Positions 21,409 to 32,810 of a DNA stretch of 64,000 nt are shown piece after piece. Both the position numbers and the translations under genes were made by a program. Where the stretch lies: the NCBI GenBank assembly GCA_035508595.1, contig DATJMR010000084.1, positions 768-64,767 on the forward strand. Direction: 5' to 3'. Each line of letters opens with the position of its first letter. Position 1 is the first letter of the stretch. The notes under the pieces are model-generated. The model was not told the origin of the DNA. It searched no databases and worked only from the letters and a program-made list of their open reading frames with translations. Source of the DNA: Dyella sp. Lineage in GTDB: Bacteria > Pseudomonadota > Gammaproteobacteria > Xanthomonadales > Rhodanobacteraceae.

Positions 21409-22554
21409 TTACGCTTCGATGCGACGCCAGGGGCCTACCGCGACGGGAGAATTCACATGCGAGGGATGAAGTGTCACCCGTTGACGTACATGTCCTTCCC
21501 TATCCACGCCGAATATCGCCAATGCGTGGAAATGGACATCGATCGTATCGTCCGCGATACCGCCGTGGCGTGCCCAATCGCGCTCGCTCCATTCGGCCTC
21601 GAGCGGTTCGTCCAACCCCTCCAGGCGCAAGCTGGCGCGCACGGTGCCGGCGACGTGACGAAGATTGAGCACATGCGCCTTTAAACCTTCGCCCTGCCGC
21701 GACGCGAGCACAATGTCTTCCGGACGCACATGCACGGAAACGTCATGCACGTTGTCCAGGGAGAAATCCTCCAGCGGCCAAGCACGGCCAAACAGATGCA
21801 GATGCTGCGCCTTTACCTTGCCCGGCAACGATTGGCCGCGCGCGATGAAACGCGACGCGAAGGGCGTGGCAGGCTGACGATAGATCTGCTCCGGCGCACC
21901 GATTTGCTCGATGCGGCCGCGATTCATCACCACCACGCGATCGGCCATTTCCAACGCCTCGTCCTGGTCGTGCGTAACGAACAAGGTGGTAATGCCGAGC
22001 GAGCGATGAAACTCGCGCAGCCAATTGCGCAGATTGACGCGCACTTGCGCATCCAATGCGCCAAAAGGTTCGTCCAGCAACAGCAATCTCGGTTCGATCG
22101 CCAATGCGCGCGCCAACGCCACCCGCTGGCGTTGACCGCCGGATAGCTGCGAAGGATAGCGATGTGCCAATCCCTCCAACTCCACCCGCTGCAGCAAGGC
22201 CTCGACATTCGCCTTGATGACGGACGCCTTCGGTCGTGTGCGCCAAGGCCGAACACGCAAGCCGAACGCCACGTTCTGTGTCACCGTCATATGTGGAAAC
22301 AAGGCATAGTGCTGAAACACCAAGCCAACGCCGCGCCGTCTCGCATCCAACTTCAAAAGATCCTGCCCATCGCGGTGGACGCTGCCCGCGTCGGGCTGAT
22401 CCAGTCCGGCCAGGATTCGCAGCAAGCTGGTCTTTCCCGATCCGGAAGGACCGAGCACGGCGACGAATTCGCCGTCGGCGATCGTCAGGCTGACGTCGTC
22501 CAGTGCCACGAATGCGCCAAACTGACGTCGTATGCGGGATATCTCGATGCCCAT
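21409..22554 (-). CDS. cysA: Sulfate/thiosulfate ABC transporter ATP-binding protein
   Basis: [24 protein letters not shown] and [12 protein letters not shown]; last gene of sbp-cysT-cysW. Confidence 0.93.
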   Translation of the reverse strand: MGIEISRIRRQFGAFVALDDVSLTIADGEFVAVLGPSGSGKTSLLRILAGLDQPDAGSVHRDGQDLLKLDARRRGVGLVFQHYALFPHMTVTQNVAFGLRVRPWRTRPKASVIKANVEALLQRVELEGLAHRYPSQLSGGQRQRVALARALAIEPRLLLLDEPFGALDAQVRVNLRNWLREFHRSLGITTLFVTHDQDEALEMADRVVVMNRGRIEQIGAPEQIYRQPATPFASRFIARGQSLPGKVKAQHLHLFGRAWPLEDFSLDNVHDVSVHVRPEDIVLASRQGEGLKAHVLNLRHVAGTVRASLRLEGLDEPLEAEWSERDWARHGGIADDTIDVHFHALAIFGVDREGHVRQRVTLHPSHVNSPVAVGPWRRIEA

Positions 22555-22568
22555 GGCGTGTGGGTTCC

Positions 22569-23423
22569 TCAATGATTCAAATCGTCGCCGTGTCGCCACT
22601 CCATCAACCGTTTGATGCCGAGTGTGAGCACGGTAAGCAACGCAAGCAGCGAAGCGACGGCAAAGGCGGCGGAAAAATTTTCCTGGTAAAGCTGATCCAC
22701 CTGCAGCGGCAGAGTGTTGGTGACGCCGCGAAGATGCCCCGACACCACATACACCGCGCCGAATTCACCCATTGCTCGCGCGTTGCACAACAGCACGCCG
22801 TACAACAGCGCCCAGCGCACGCGCGGCAACGTAACCCGAAAGAAAATCTGCCATCCGCCGGCCCCCAGCGTAAGCGCAGCTTCTTCCTGATCCGAACCCT
22901 GTGCCTGCATTAACGGAATCAGTTCGCGCGCCACAAACGGCAACGTGACGAGCACCGTCGCCAACACCAGGCCCGGCAGCGCAAAAATCACCTGCACGCC
23001 ATGCGGCTCCAACCATCTGCCCAGCCAGCCTTCTTTGCCGTAAACCAGAATCAACATCATGCCGGCGACAACCGGCGATATGGAAAAAGGAAGATCGATC
23101 AACGCACCCAGCAAGGCCTTGCCGCGAAAGTCGAAGTGCGTCATCGACCAGGCCGCGGCCAGACCGAATACCAGATTCAGGGGAACGGCAATGCCGGCGA
23201 CGGTCAAGGTCAAGCGCACCGCCGCGATGGTGTCCGGTTGCCGGATCGCATCCAGATAGAAGGCTGCGCCTTGGCGAAACGCTTCCGCGAATATCGCCAG
23301 CAGCGGCAGCACCAGCAACCACGCCAACACCGCGATAGCACCCGTCACCAACAACGTGCGCGCCGTGCGCATCACCCACGAGGGGCGTCCGCCGATCGAT
23401 ATCGCTGCAGCCACGGCAGCCAT
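22569..23423 (-). CDS. cysW: Sulfate ABC transporter permease CysW
   Basis: DLPFSISPVVAG, PFVARELIPLM and CNARAMGEFGAV. The true start is at 23423; the upstream part of the 591-aa ORF is a cysT shadow. Confidence 0.93.
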   Translation of the reverse strand: MAAVAAAISIGGRPSWVMRTARTLLVTGAIAVLAWLLVLPLLAIFAEAFRQGAAFYLDAIRQPDTIAAVRLTLTVAGIAVPLNLVFGLAAAWSMTHFDFRGKALLGALIDLPFSISPVVAGMMLILVYGKEGWLGRWLEPHGVQVIFALPGLVLATVLVTLPFVARELIPLMQAQGSDQEEAALTLGAGGWQIFFRVTLPRVRWALLYGVLLCNARAMGEFGAVYVVSGHLRGVTNTLPLQVDQLYQENFSAAFAVASLLALLTVLTLGIKRLMEWRHGDDLNH

Positions 23424-24256
23424 CAGCGCGACACCGCCCAACGACGCGACCAGCGCTGCAACCCTGTCAGCGCCACCAGCAAAAGCAGCGATGCGGCCAG
23501 CATCACCGCACCCAAGGCCGCCGCGCCGCGATAATCGTATTGCGAATCGATCTTCTGCACGATCAGATATGGGGCGATCTCCGTGCGAAACAGTCGATTG
23601 CCGGAAATGAAAACCACCGATCCGAATTCGCCGATCGCACGCGCCAATGCCAATGCAAATCCGGTCAACAACGTCGGCAACAGCAGGGGCAGCAGCACGC
23701 GAACGAAGCGCTGCCACGGCGACGCGCCCAAGGTGTACGCCGCCTCCTCCAGATCGCTCTCCATGCTTTCCAGTACCGGCTGCAACGTACGAACGACAAA
23801 TGGCAATCCTACGAACACCATCGCAAGCAAGACGCCGAGCCGCGTGTAAGCCACCTCGATACCGAGCGGCACCAGCCGGCTGCCCAGCCAACCGTTGGGT
23901 GCGTACAGCGAGGTCAACGAGATGCCCGCCACGGCGGTAGGCAGTGCGAAAGGAAGATCGACCAGCGCGTCGCACACGCGGCGAAACGCAAAGCGATAGC
24001 GCACCAGCACCCACGCGACCAACAAGCCCAACAACGCATCGATGGAGGCTGCCAACAACGCCGCGCCGAAACTCAAACGCAACGACGCCAGCACGCGTCG
24101 TGTACCGATCTGTGCCCACCAGCCCGACGGCCCGAGTTCGAACGCCGTCCACAACAACGCCGCCAGAGGCAACAGCACGCAGCTGCCAAGCACCGCCAGC
24201 GTATAGCCGGTGCTGAGACGAAAACCTGGCAGCACGTTCCGCGTCGCCATACTCAC
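23423..24256 (-). CDS. cysT: Sulfate ABC transporter permease CysT (CysU)
   Basis: VLPGF, DLPFALPTAVAG and ARAIGEFGSVVFISGN. Confidence 0.93.
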   Translation of the reverse strand: MSMATRNVLPGFRLSTGYTLAVLGSCVLLPLAALLWTAFELGPSGWWAQIGTRRVLASLRLSFGAALLAASIDALLGLLVAWVLVRYRFAFRRVCDALVDLPFALPTAVAGISLTSLYAPNGWLGSRLVPLGIEVAYTRLGVLLAMVFVGLPFVVRTLQPVLESMESDLEEAAYTLGASPWQRFVRVLLPLLLPTLLTGFALALARAIGEFGSVVFISGNRLFRTEIAPYLIVQKIDSQYDYRGAAALGAVMLAASLLLLVALTGLQRWSRRWAVSR

Positions 24257-25254
24257 TGCTGCCCTTCGGTGATCTGGTCGAACACGCCACCGTCGGCGAA
24301 GTACGTGGCCTGTACCTTGCGCCAGTCGCCGAATTGCTCGGCAATCGTGAATGTCTTCACCGCGGGAAACTGCGCGGCGTACTGCGCGGCGACCGCGGCA
24401 TTGCGCGGACGAAAGAAATGCCTGGCGGCCATCGTCTGACCTTCCGTGCCGTAAAGAAATTGCAGGTACGCCAGCGCGACCTTCTGCGTGCCGTGCGCCG
24501 CTGCCGCCGAGTCGACGACCGCCACCGGCGGTTCCGCCAAAATGGTGAGCGAGGGCACCACAATCTCATACTTGTCTTTGCCAAACTCCTGCTGCGTCAT
24601 CAAGGCTTCGCTTTCCCAGGCGATCAGCACATCGCCGATGCCACGCTGCACAAACGTATTGGTTGCGCCGCGCGAACCCGTATCCAAGACCGGTACGTTT
24701 TTATAGAGCGCCGCGACATACGCGCGCGCCTTCTCGGCACTGCCGCCTGGGCGACGCGCCGACCAACCCCATGCGGCCAGAAAATTCCAGCGCGCGCCAC
24801 CCGATGTCTTAGGGTTGGGCGTAATCACTTGCACGTCCGGTCGAATGAGGTCCGGCCAATCGCGGATCTGCTTGGGATTGCCCTTGCGGACCAGAAATAC
24901 CACCGTGGAGGTATAGGGAGAGCTGTTGTCCGGCAGCCTCGTCTGCCAATCCTTGGCGAGCAGCCCCTTATCGGCCAGCACGTCGATGTCGTAGGCCAGG
25001 GCCAAGGTGACCACATCCGCGGGAAGTCCGTCGAGCACGGCGCGCGCCTGCTTGCCCGAACCGCCGTTGGAGGTCGTCACCGCGACACGTTGACCGGTCT
25101 GCTTGAGCCAATATGTCGCGAAGGCGGCGTCCACATCCTGGAAATATTCGCGTGTCGGATCGAAGGAAACATTCAAAAGCTTCGCGTCCGTTGCCGACAC
25201 ATCGCCGACGCCCAGCGAGAGAAGCGCTGCCAGAACGAGCAGTAGGCGTTTCAT
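24253..25254 (-). CDS. sbp: Periplasmic sulfate-binding protein
   Basis: LLNVSFDPTRE, GGSGKQAR, PNPKTSGGAR and FADGGVFDQI; signal peptide and AGGAG RBS. Confidence 0.93.
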   Translation of the reverse strand: MKRLLLVLAALLSLGVGDVSATDAKLLNVSFDPTREYFQDVDAAFATYWLKQTGQRVAVTTSNGGSGKQARAVLDGLPADVVTLALAYDIDVLADKGLLAKDWQTRLPDNSSPYTSTVVFLVRKGNPKQIRDWPDLIRPDVQVITPNPKTSGGARWNFLAAWGWSARRPGGSAEKARAYVAALYKNVPVLDTGSRGATNTFVQRGIGDVLIAWESEALMTQQEFGKDKYEIVVPSLTILAEPPVAVVDSAAAAHGTQKVALAYLQFLYGTEGQTMAARHFFRPRNAAVAAQYAAQFPAVKTFTIAEQFGDWRKVQATYFADGGVFDQITEGQQ

Positions 25255-25295
25255 GCGTAGCGGTCTCCTCCGGGCAAGTACGCCCATCGTGAACT

Positions 25296-25319
25296 ATAGG
25301 TTTGGATGGATGGACGTCC
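25296..25319. promoter_or_regulatory. Putative tandem Met boxes upstream of sbp
   Basis: In-phase 8-mers ATAGGTTT GGATGGAT GGACGTCC (5/8, 4/8, 6/8 vs AGACGTCT). Confidence 0.55.
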
Positions 25320-25356
25320 GAAAGCGCGGATCGTCCTATCCATATGCGCGGATGCG

Positions 25357-26562
25357 TTAAATGAAAATTTCCGCACGCAGCTCGACCACATGCGGGTTGA
25401 TCACCAGCCCTTTTCGATCGCTGAACGCCCGGATGTAATTCGCCTGCAATCTCAGATGCGTGCCCAGGTACCAGTTCGCACCGGCTGTCCAGTCGTGCTC
25501 TTTGCCGCCCTGCACGCGGCCGTCATTGAGGTCCAGGTCGCTGTAACGCACGGCGAACTCGACGGCGCCCCAAGGATGGGACGGGATCACGTTGCCGACA
25601 TTGCCATCGTGGTACTGGCGCGATTCCCCGGTAATGACCCAGCTTGCGAATACGTAATAACCGCTGAGATCGTAGTTCGGCTTGGGCACGTCGAACGTCG
25701 TGTCAGCCTTGAGATATTCGCTCTGCACGGACCAGGGACCATCGATCCACAAACCTTCCAGACCCACACGATCGATGTGATTCACATTCGTGAGCGTGCC
25801 GGAGCTGACCAGGGCGACCGTAGTGAGACCCGCCTCCGGCGGAGTCTTGAAACTGGCGGTCGCCGGTTGCTGCACACCGAGCGCATCGACCAGCCCGTAG
25901 GGTCGTTCCTGCGATGCGGCGATGCCTAGATGCAGCACGCGATCGGCCTCGTGCAACGGTATCCACGCCGCACGCGCCGCCCATGTGTGGCCATGATTTT
26001 TGCCCGCCATGTTTTCGCCGTAGTAACCGAGGCTGGCAAGCCAATGCGCGCGTTGAATGGCCCAATCCACGCCGATGCGGCGATTTTCGTAGACCGCCTG
26101 CGAGGGCAGCGCCAACTCGATGAAGGTGGTCTGCGTGGAGGTGGTAACGCCCTCGAAGCTTACCGGTGTCTTGCTCTGCCCAAAGCGAATGGCGCCGAAG
26201 TCTTCGCCCAAGGCGGCTTTGGACTGCAATCGCAGAAAAGCATCTTGCCACTGCCTGGATTGAAAGTCGTAATACACCGTTGCGTCGTAAACGCCCGGTT
26301 TCTTTACATAGAAGCCCAAATACTTGCGCCGATTGGTATGCGCATCGATGAACGCATGATCGTCATGTGAAAAGTCATTCACGTCATATTGATAGCGCAG
26401 CACCAAGCCGATATCGGTCCCGTCGCTCAACTGAACCTGCGTCGGCCAATGGTCGAGCCCATCGACATCGCCAGCCTTGGCGTTGGTGGGGGCCATCACG
26501 GCAAGCGATGCCGATACGGCCAGCGTCAACACAGCAAATAAAGGCTTGGATCGTCGTGGCAT
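25357..26562 (-). CDS. OprO/OprP family anion-selective porin
   Basis: Signal peptide, RFGQSKTP.SFE, GPWSVQSEY, ASWVITGE.R.Y and GANWYL; beta-barrel-type C-terminus. Co-oriented upstream of sbp. Confidence 0.85.
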   Translation of the reverse strand: MPRRSKPLFAVLTLAVSASLAVMAPTNAKAGDVDGLDHWPTQVQLSDGTDIGLVLRYQYDVNDFSHDDHAFIDAHTNRRKYLGFYVKKPGVYDATVYYDFQSRQWQDAFLRLQSKAALGEDFGAIRFGQSKTPVSFEGVTTSTQTTFIELALPSQAVYENRRIGVDWAIQRAHWLASLGYYGENMAGKNHGHTWAARAAWIPLHEADRVLHLGIAASQERPYGLVDALGVQQPATASFKTPPEAGLTTVALVSSGTLTNVNHIDRVGLEGLWIDGPWSVQSEYLKADTTFDVPKPNYDLSGYYVFASWVITGESRQYHDGNVGNVIPSHPWGAVEFAVRYSDLDLNDGRVQGGKEHDWTAGANWYLGTHLRLQANYIRAFSDRKGLVINPHVVELRAEIFI

Positions 26563-26757
26563 AGCGTCCTCCGACGCCGCATGACGGCGCCCATGAAAAG
26601 TGGATGAAGAACAACCCTGGCCGAGCGCTGGGGATAGCGCCCGGAACCCATGCTGCCTGCCCGGTTTCGTGCGACGGAAAGGAGCGAATGGCATGCGGAT
26701 ATGCCACCCCATCATTTCTTGGCCAAAAAACGAAGTTCTAACATCTATCGATCAGAT

Positions 26758-26773
26758 GGACGTCTAAACGTCC
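26758..26773. promoter_or_regulatory. Putative tandem Met boxes abutting the cysJ RBS
   Basis: GGACGTCT AAACGTCC (7/8, 6/8), followed directly by AAGGA and ATG 26786. Confidence 0.65.
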
Positions 26774-26785
26774 AAGGACTCTACA

Positions 26786-28582
26786 ATGACCGCCGCTTCG
26801 CTATTGCCGTTACCCGAAGACAAGCACCCCTTGGTCGCTCGTCTTGTCGATGGACTGGAAGCGCCGGCCTTGCAGTGGCTGTCCGGCTATCTCGCCGGCC
26901 TGGCGACGCAACGCCAGGCCGGCGGCAAAAACGCAACCAACGAACCTGCGGCAGCTCCCGAAGCTCAAGCACGCCTGACCGTGGTGTACGGCAGCCAAAC
27001 TGGCAACGCCAAGCGTTTGGCCGAAGACCTTGGACGCCGCGCCTCCGCCGCGGGGTTGGCCGTACGCGTGGTGCGTGCGGATGCCTATTCCACCCGCGAG
27101 TTGAAGCAGGAACGCCTGCTTTACGTGGTCATCAGTACGCAGGGCGACGGCGATCCGCCCGACGATTCGCGCGCTTTGGTCGAATTTCTCGCGAGCGCCC
27201 GCGCGCCGAAGCTGGATGCGTTGCGCTACGGCGTGCTTGGCTTGGGCGATTCCAGTTATCCTAATTTTTGCGCCATCGGTCGACAGCTCGACGATCGCCT
27301 TGCCACGCTCGGCGCACAGCGCCTCTTTGCCGCCGGCGAAGCCGATGTCGATCTGGAAACGGTCTCGCAACCGTGGCTGGATCAGGCCCTACAGCAGGCA
27401 CGCGAACAACTGAAAGCGTCGGCGCCGCTCGCCAAGGTCACCACGCTTCGCACCGCGCGCACGACGCCGGCGTGGCATCGTGACCAACCGTTCCAGGCGC
27501 CGCTGCTGCTGAACCAGCGCATGACCGGTCGCGGCAGCGATCGCGATGTGCGTCATCTGGAGTTCTCGCTCGAAGGCTCCGGTCTTCGTTACGCACCGGG
27601 CGATGCGCTTGGTGTGTGGCCGAGGCAATCGCCGGCATTGGTGGATGCGGTGTTGCACACGCTGCACCTCGATGGCGAGGCAACCGTTCGCGTGGCGGAG
27701 GAAGAACACTCCTTGCGAACCTGGCTCGCCCACCATCGCGAACTCACCTTGCTTACTCGCCCCTTCTTTACAGCTCACGCCGAACGCAGCGGCGATGCGT
27801 CGTTGCAAGAATTGCTGTTGCCCGCCTCGCGCGACGCACTGTCCGCGTTGTTCTCCCGCTGGCAAGTGCTGGATCTGTTGCGCAAGCATCCTGGCGAGTG
27901 GACCGCCGAAACGCTGGTCGCGGCGTTGCGCCCCCTGGCGCCACGCCTCTACTCGATCGCATCCAGCCAATCGGTGGTCGGTGACGAAGTTCATCTCACT
28001 GTGAGCCACGTCGATTACACGTTCGAAGGCGAAGCGCGCTGGGGCACCGCAAGCCGATACCTTGCACAACATGCCGAAGGCGAATCGGCACCAGTGTTTA
28101 TCGAAGCCAATGAACGCTTTCATCTACCTGCCGACGATCGCGATATCGTGATGATCGGCGCCGGCACCGGTGTCGCACCGTTCCGCGCCTTCGTGCAGGA
28201 GCGCGCCGAACGCGGCGCCGGCGGACGCAACTGGCTGGTCTTCGGCAACCCGCATTTCCACTCCGACTTCCTGTATCAGACCGAATGGCAGCAAGCGCTG
28301 AAAAACGGATCCTTGCATCGCATCGATCTGGCGTTCTCGCGCGATCAAGCCGAAAAACGCTACGTCCAGCATGGCCTGCTTGAACAAGGGCGACGTCTCT
28401 ACGAATGGCTCGACGCGGGTGCGCACGTTTATGTCTGCGGCGACGCCAATCGCATGGCCAAGGATGTGCACAAGGCATTGGTGGCCATCGTTGCCGAACA
28501 CGGCGCCCGCTCGACCGAAGATGCCGAGGCGTGGTTGAACCAATTGATCCAGCAGGGCCGTTACGCCCGCGACGTGTATTGA
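26786..28582 (+). CDS. cysJ: Sulfite reductase (NADPH) flavoprotein
   Basis: [36 protein letters not shown] and the C-terminal RYARDVY. Confidence 0.97.
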   Translation: MTAASLLPLPEDKHPLVARLVDGLEAPALQWLSGYLAGLATQRQAGGKNATNEPAAAPEAQARLTVVYGSQTGNAKRLAEDLGRRASAAGLAVRVVRADAYSTRELKQERLLYVVISTQGDGDPPDDSRALVEFLASARAPKLDALRYGVLGLGDSSYPNFCAIGRQLDDRLATLGAQRLFAAGEADVDLETVSQPWLDQALQQAREQLKASAPLAKVTTLRTARTTPAWHRDQPFQAPLLLNQRMTGRGSDRDVRHLEFSLEGSGLRYAPGDALGVWPRQSPALVDAVLHTLHLDGEATVRVAEEEHSLRTWLAHHRELTLLTRPFFTAHAERSGDASLQELLLPASRDALSALFSRWQVLDLLRKHPGEWTAETLVAALRPLAPRLYSIASSQSVVGDEVHLTVSHVDYTFEGEARWGTASRYLAQHAEGESAPVFIEANERFHLPADDRDIVMIGAGTGVAPFRAFVQERAERGAGGRNWLVFGNPHFHSDFLYQTEWQQALKNGSLHRIDLAFSRDQAEKRYVQHGLLEQGRRLYEWLDAGAHVYVCGDANRMAKDVHKALVAIVAEHGARSTEDAEAWLNQLIQQGRYARDVY

Positions 28583-28590
28583 GGCGCAAC

Positions 28591-30288
28591 ATGAGCGACA
28601 ACGGCCTTTCCGATCTCGAACGCATCAAGGCGGACAGCCGCCTTCTGCGCGGCACCTTGATAGAGAGCCTGGCCGATCCGGTGACCGGCGCCATCAGCGA
28701 GGACGACAACAAACTGCTGAAATTCCACGGCAGTTACCAGCAGGACGATCGCGACCTGCGCGAAGAGCGCCGCAAGCAAAAGCTAGAGCCCGCGTACCAA
28801 TTCATGGTGCGCGCCAGATTGCCTGGCGGCGTGTTGAGCCCGGCACAATGGTTGTCGTTCGATCACATCGTGCGCACCTGGGCCAATCACACGCTGCGAA
28901 TTACCACGCGCCAAACCTTTCAACTGCACGGCATTCTCAAACGCGATCTCAAGCGTTCCATCGCCGCGATGAACGAAGCGCTGGTCAGCACCATTGCCGC
29001 ATGCGGCGACGTGAATCGCAATGTCGTGGCAAGCGCGAATCCCGTCGCCACGCCGGCACACCGCCTGGCGTATCGCTGGGCCGAACGCTTGTCGGAATAT
29101 CTGAAACCCAAGACGCGCGCCTATCACGAAATCTGGCTGGACGAGAAGCGCGTGGCCGGCGGGGAGCCAGAAAGCGAACCGCTTTACGGTCCGACCTATC
29201 TGCCACGCAAATTCAAGATCGGCGTGGCGGTACCACCCACCAACGATGTGGACGTCTTCGCGCAGGACCTGGGCCTGATCGCGATCATCGAAAACAGCGA
29301 ACTGCTCGGCTTCAATATCGCCGTCGGCGGTGGCATGGGCGCAAGCCACGGCGATGCCAGCACGTATCCGCGCCTCGGCAGCGTGCTTGGCTTTGTCGAA
29401 CCTGAGCAGCTGCTACGCACCGCCGAGGGCGTGATCGAGGTGCAACGCGATTACGGCGATCGCAAGGAACGCAAGCATGCGCGCCTCAAATACACCATCG
29501 ATCGCATGGGCTTGTCGGCATTCAAAGCGGAGCTGGAGCGCCGCCTAGGCTTCAGCCTGCAGCCTTCGCGCGCCTATCGTTTCGATCACAACGGCGACCG
29601 TTACGGCTGGACCGAAGGCGACGACGGACGCTGGCACCTCACCTTGCAAATCGAATCCGGTCGCCTGGCCGATGGTCCCGGCCAACCTCATCTGAGCGGG
29701 CTACGCGCGATCGCGCAGGTGCATCAGGGCGATTTCAGGATGACCTGCAATCAAAACCTGATCATCGCCAATGTGCCGTCGACGCAACGCGATCGCATCG
29801 ACGCGTTGGTGACCGAATACAAGCTGGACGGCTATCGCCGGTTGAGCGGTATTCGTCGTCACGCGGTGGCCTGCGTCGCCTTGCCGACATGCGGATTGGC
29901 CATGGCCGAGAGCGAACGCTACCTGCCGCAGCTACTGCCCAGGCTCGAAGCATTGCTCGATCGCCACGGCTTGCGGGACGAACCGATCCTGCTTCGTCTC
30001 TCCGGCTGCCCGAACGGTTGCTCGCGTCCATATCTAGGCGAAATCGCGCTGATCGGTCGCGCCATCGGCCGCTATGACTTGCGCCTGGGCGCCGATTTTG
30101 CCGGCCAACGCCTCAATCGAGTCGTACGCGAAAATATCGATGAAGCCGAAATCCTCGCGGAATTGGACGCGTTGTTCGCGCGCTACGCCGTCGAACGACA
30201 TGATGACGAACGATTCGGCGATTTCCTTGTGCGCAGCGGGGTGCTGGCGGCGGCGCGTCACCCTATCGACGTGGAGGTTTTCGCATGA
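28591..30288 (+). CDS. cysI: Sulfite reductase hemoprotein
   Basis: [36 protein letters not shown] and SGCPNGC. Confidence 0.97.
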   Translation: MSDNGLSDLERIKADSRLLRGTLIESLADPVTGAISEDDNKLLKFHGSYQQDDRDLREERRKQKLEPAYQFMVRARLPGGVLSPAQWLSFDHIVRTWANHTLRITTRQTFQLHGILKRDLKRSIAAMNEALVSTIAACGDVNRNVVASANPVATPAHRLAYRWAERLSEYLKPKTRAYHEIWLDEKRVAGGEPESEPLYGPTYLPRKFKIGVAVPPTNDVDVFAQDLGLIAIIENSELLGFNIAVGGGMGASHGDASTYPRLGSVLGFVEPEQLLRTAEGVIEVQRDYGDRKERKHARLKYTIDRMGLSAFKAELERRLGFSLQPSRAYRFDHNGDRYGWTEGDDGRWHLTLQIESGRLADGPGQPHLSGLRAIAQVHQGDFRMTCNQNLIIANVPSTQRDRIDALVTEYKLDGYRRLSGIRRHAVACVALPTCGLAMAESERYLPQLLPRLEALLDRHGLRDEPILLRLSGCPNGCSRPYLGEIALIGRAIGRYDLRLGADFAGQRLNRVVRENIDEAEILAELDALFARYAVERHDDERFGDFLVRSGVLAAARHPIDVEVFA

Positions 30289-31007
30289 GCTTGCCCACGC
30301 TTGAGCAAGCGGAAATCGATCCCCGCGCGCGCGTCAAGCTCGACGCGTGGCTGCTCGCGCTTACCGCGCAGGAGCGCATCGAATGGGCTCTGCAACATCT
30401 GCCCGGCATGCACGTGCTGTCTTCCAGCTTCGGCGCGCAGTCGGCGGTATCGCTGCATCTGCTTACGCAATGTCTGCCGAACATTCCGGTGATCGTTATC
30501 GACACCGGTTATCTGTTCCCTGAAACCTATCGCTTCATCGACGAACTCACCGAACGTCTTTCACTCAACTTGCGAGTCGTGCGCCCCAACTTATCGCCGG
30601 CGTGGTTGCAAGCGCGATACGGGGAACTATGGAACCAAGGGCGCGAGGGCCTGGACCACTACAACCGGATAGCCAAGGTCGAGCCCATGCAACATGCGCT
30701 GACCGAGCTCGGTGCCGGCACCTGGTTCGCGGGCTTGCGGCGTCAGCAATCGTTGAGCCGCGCCGCGGCGCCGGCCTTGGATCGTCGTCACGGACGCTGG
30801 AAAGTGCATCCGATCATCGACTGGACCGATCGCGATGTCGGTCTTTATCTGCGTCGACATAACCTGCCCTATCACCCCTTGTGGGACAAGGGTTACGTCT
30901 CGATCGGCGACACGCACACCACGCGCCGCTGGGAACCCGGCATGCGCGAAGAGGACACCCGCTTTTTCGGCCTGAAACGCGAATGCGGATTGCACCTGGA
31001 CGTATGA
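30285..31007 (+). CDS. cysH: PAPS reductase
   Basis: [18 protein letters not shown] and the C-terminal KRECGLH; lacks the CC/CXXC Fe-S cysteines of APS reductases. Confidence 0.95.
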   Translation: MSLPTLEQAEIDPRARVKLDAWLLALTAQERIEWALQHLPGMHVLSSSFGAQSAVSLHLLTQCLPNIPVIVIDTGYLFPETYRFIDELTERLSLNLRVVRPNLSPAWLQARYGELWNQGREGLDHYNRIAKVEPMQHALTELGAGTWFAGLRRQQSLSRAAAPALDRRHGRWKVHPIIDWTDRDVGLYLRRHNLPYHPLWDKGYVSIGDTHTTRRWEPGMREEDTRFFGLKRECGLHLDV

Positions 31008-31058
31008 GCAACGCCTGCAACACGACAAACCATACATAGCCCCGACAAAGGACACACC

Positions 31059-32804
31059 ATGAAAGCCCTCGCCGCCGAGTTCGCCTTGGCCGAACACGAA
31101 GCGCTGGTTGCGCCGCACGGCGGCGTGCTACGCGAGCTCTATCTTGACGCCGACGAAGCGCAAGCGCTGAAGAAGCGCAGCGCATCGCTGCCGCAATGGA
31201 CGCTCAATCAACGTCAGCTGTGCGACCTCGAATTGCTGCTCAACGGCGGCTTCTCGCCTTTGCAGGGATTCCTGGGGCGCACCGATTACGACCGCGTCGT
31301 CGCACAAATGCGCCTGGCCGACGGTACGTTGTGGCCGATGCCGATCGTATTGGACGTGGATGAAGCCTTCGCCGCAAAGCTCCCGGAAAACGCGCAGATC
31401 AGCCTCAACGATACGCAAGGCACGCCGCTTGCCGTGCTGACGGTGGAAGACGTCTATTTTCCCGATCGTATCGCCGAGGCGCTCGGCGTGTTCGGCACCA
31501 CCGATCGCGCGCATCCGGGTGTGGCGGAGTTGCTCGATCGCACGGGCTCGGTCTATCTGGGCGGGCGCGTGCAAGGTATTCAACCGCCTGCCCATTACGA
31601 CTTCGCTTCCATTCGCCAGAGCCCGCGCCAATTGCGCGACTGGTTTCATCAACACGGATGGCATCGCATCGTGGCGTTTCAGACGCGCAACCCGATGCAT
31701 CGCGCGCACCGCGAATTGACGTTGCGCGCAGCGGAACGAGTCGGCGCCAAGCTGTTGATCCAGCCATCGGTCGGACGCACAAAGCCAGGCGATGTGGATC
31801 ACTACACGCGCGTGCGTTGCTATCGCGCGCTGCTCGAACACTATCCGCACGATCAAGCAACGCTTTCGCTGCTGCCGCTGGCCATGCGCATGGGCGGCCC
31901 ACGCGAAGCGTTGTGGCACGCGATCATTCGCAAGAACTATGGCGCGAGCCACTTCATCGTCGGGCGCGATCACGCCGGCCCCGGCAAGGATTCGCAAGGC
32001 AAGCCGTTTTACGATCCGTATGCCGCACAGCATCTGCTGGCCGAGCATGAAGCGGAACTCGGCATCGGCATCGTTCCGTTTCCGGCCATGGTGTATGCCG
32101 CCAACCGCGACGCGTATGTGCCGCAGACGGAAGTGGAACCCCACGACGAAGTTCGCGATATTTCAGGCACCGAATTGCGTCGTCGGTTGCACGATGGCGA
32201 AGCGATCCCCGAGTGGTTCACGTTTCCGGATGTCGTGAAGATTTTGCGCGATCGTCATCCTGCCAAAGCACCCCAGGGTTTCGCTCTGTTTTTCACGGGG
32301 CTTTCCGGTTCCGGCAAATCCACGTTGGCGCAAGCGGTGTTGGCCAAGTTGCTGGAAACCAGCAGCCGGCCCGTCTCCATGCTCGATGGCGACGAAGTAC
32401 GCCGCCATCTTTCCAAGGGACTGGGCTTTTCTCGTGAAGACCGCGACGCGAACATCACGCGCATCGGTTTCGTCGCCAGCGAAGTGGTGCGCCACGGCGG
32501 CATCGTTATCTGCGCACCCATCGCACCGTACGCCAACGCACGCAAAGACGCGCGACAGCTGGTGCAGACGCACGGACGCTTCGTGGAAATTCACGTCTCC
32601 ACGCCGCTGGAAGTGTGCGAGGCGCGCGATCGCAAGGGCCTGTATGCCGCTGCACGCGCCGGCAAGATCAAGGGCTTTACGGGCATCGACGATCCGTACG
32701 AAACGCCGGTGTCGCCGGAGATCATCATCGACACGAGCGACATCACCGTGGTTGACGCTGCCGCCCGCGTCGTCGACTGGTTGCGCGAAGAAGAACTCAT
32801 TTGA
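31059..32804 (+). CDS. sat-cysC: Bifunctional Sat-type sulfate adenylyltransferase / adenylylsulfate kinase
   Basis: N-terminal ATP sulfurylase (GGFSPL.GF, QTRNPMHRAH, GRDHAG) fused to an APS kinase (FTGLSGSGKST, LDGD, KGFTGIDDPYE). Confidence 0.93.
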   Translation: MKALAAEFALAEHEALVAPHGGVLRELYLDADEAQALKKRSASLPQWTLNQRQLCDLELLLNGGFSPLQGFLGRTDYDRVVAQMRLADGTLWPMPIVLDVDEAFAAKLPENAQISLNDTQGTPLAVLTVEDVYFPDRIAEALGVFGTTDRAHPGVAELLDRTGSVYLGGRVQGIQPPAHYDFASIRQSPRQLRDWFHQHGWHRIVAFQTRNPMHRAHRELTLRAAERVGAKLLIQPSVGRTKPGDVDHYTRVRCYRALLEHYPHDQATLSLLPLAMRMGGPREALWHAIIRKNYGASHFIVGRDHAGPGKDSQGKPFYDPYAAQHLLAEHEAELGIGIVPFPAMVYAANRDAYVPQTEVEPHDEVRDISGTELRRRLHDGEAIPEWFTFPDVVKILRDRHPAKAPQGFALFFTGLSGSGKSTLAQAVLAKLLETSSRPVSMLDGDEVRRHLSKGLGFSREDRDANITRIGFVASEVVRHGGIVICAPIAPYANARKDARQLVQTHGRFVEIHVSTPLEVCEARDRKGLYAAARAGKIKGFTGIDDPYETPVSPEIIIDTSDITVVDAAARVVDWLREEELI

Positions 32805-32810
32805 TGCAAG

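Noticed and set aside
22569-24344. 591-aa ORF suggesting a CysT-CysW fusion or extended CysW
   Set aside because: The N-terminal half is an off-frame reading of cysT; the real CysW starts at 23423.
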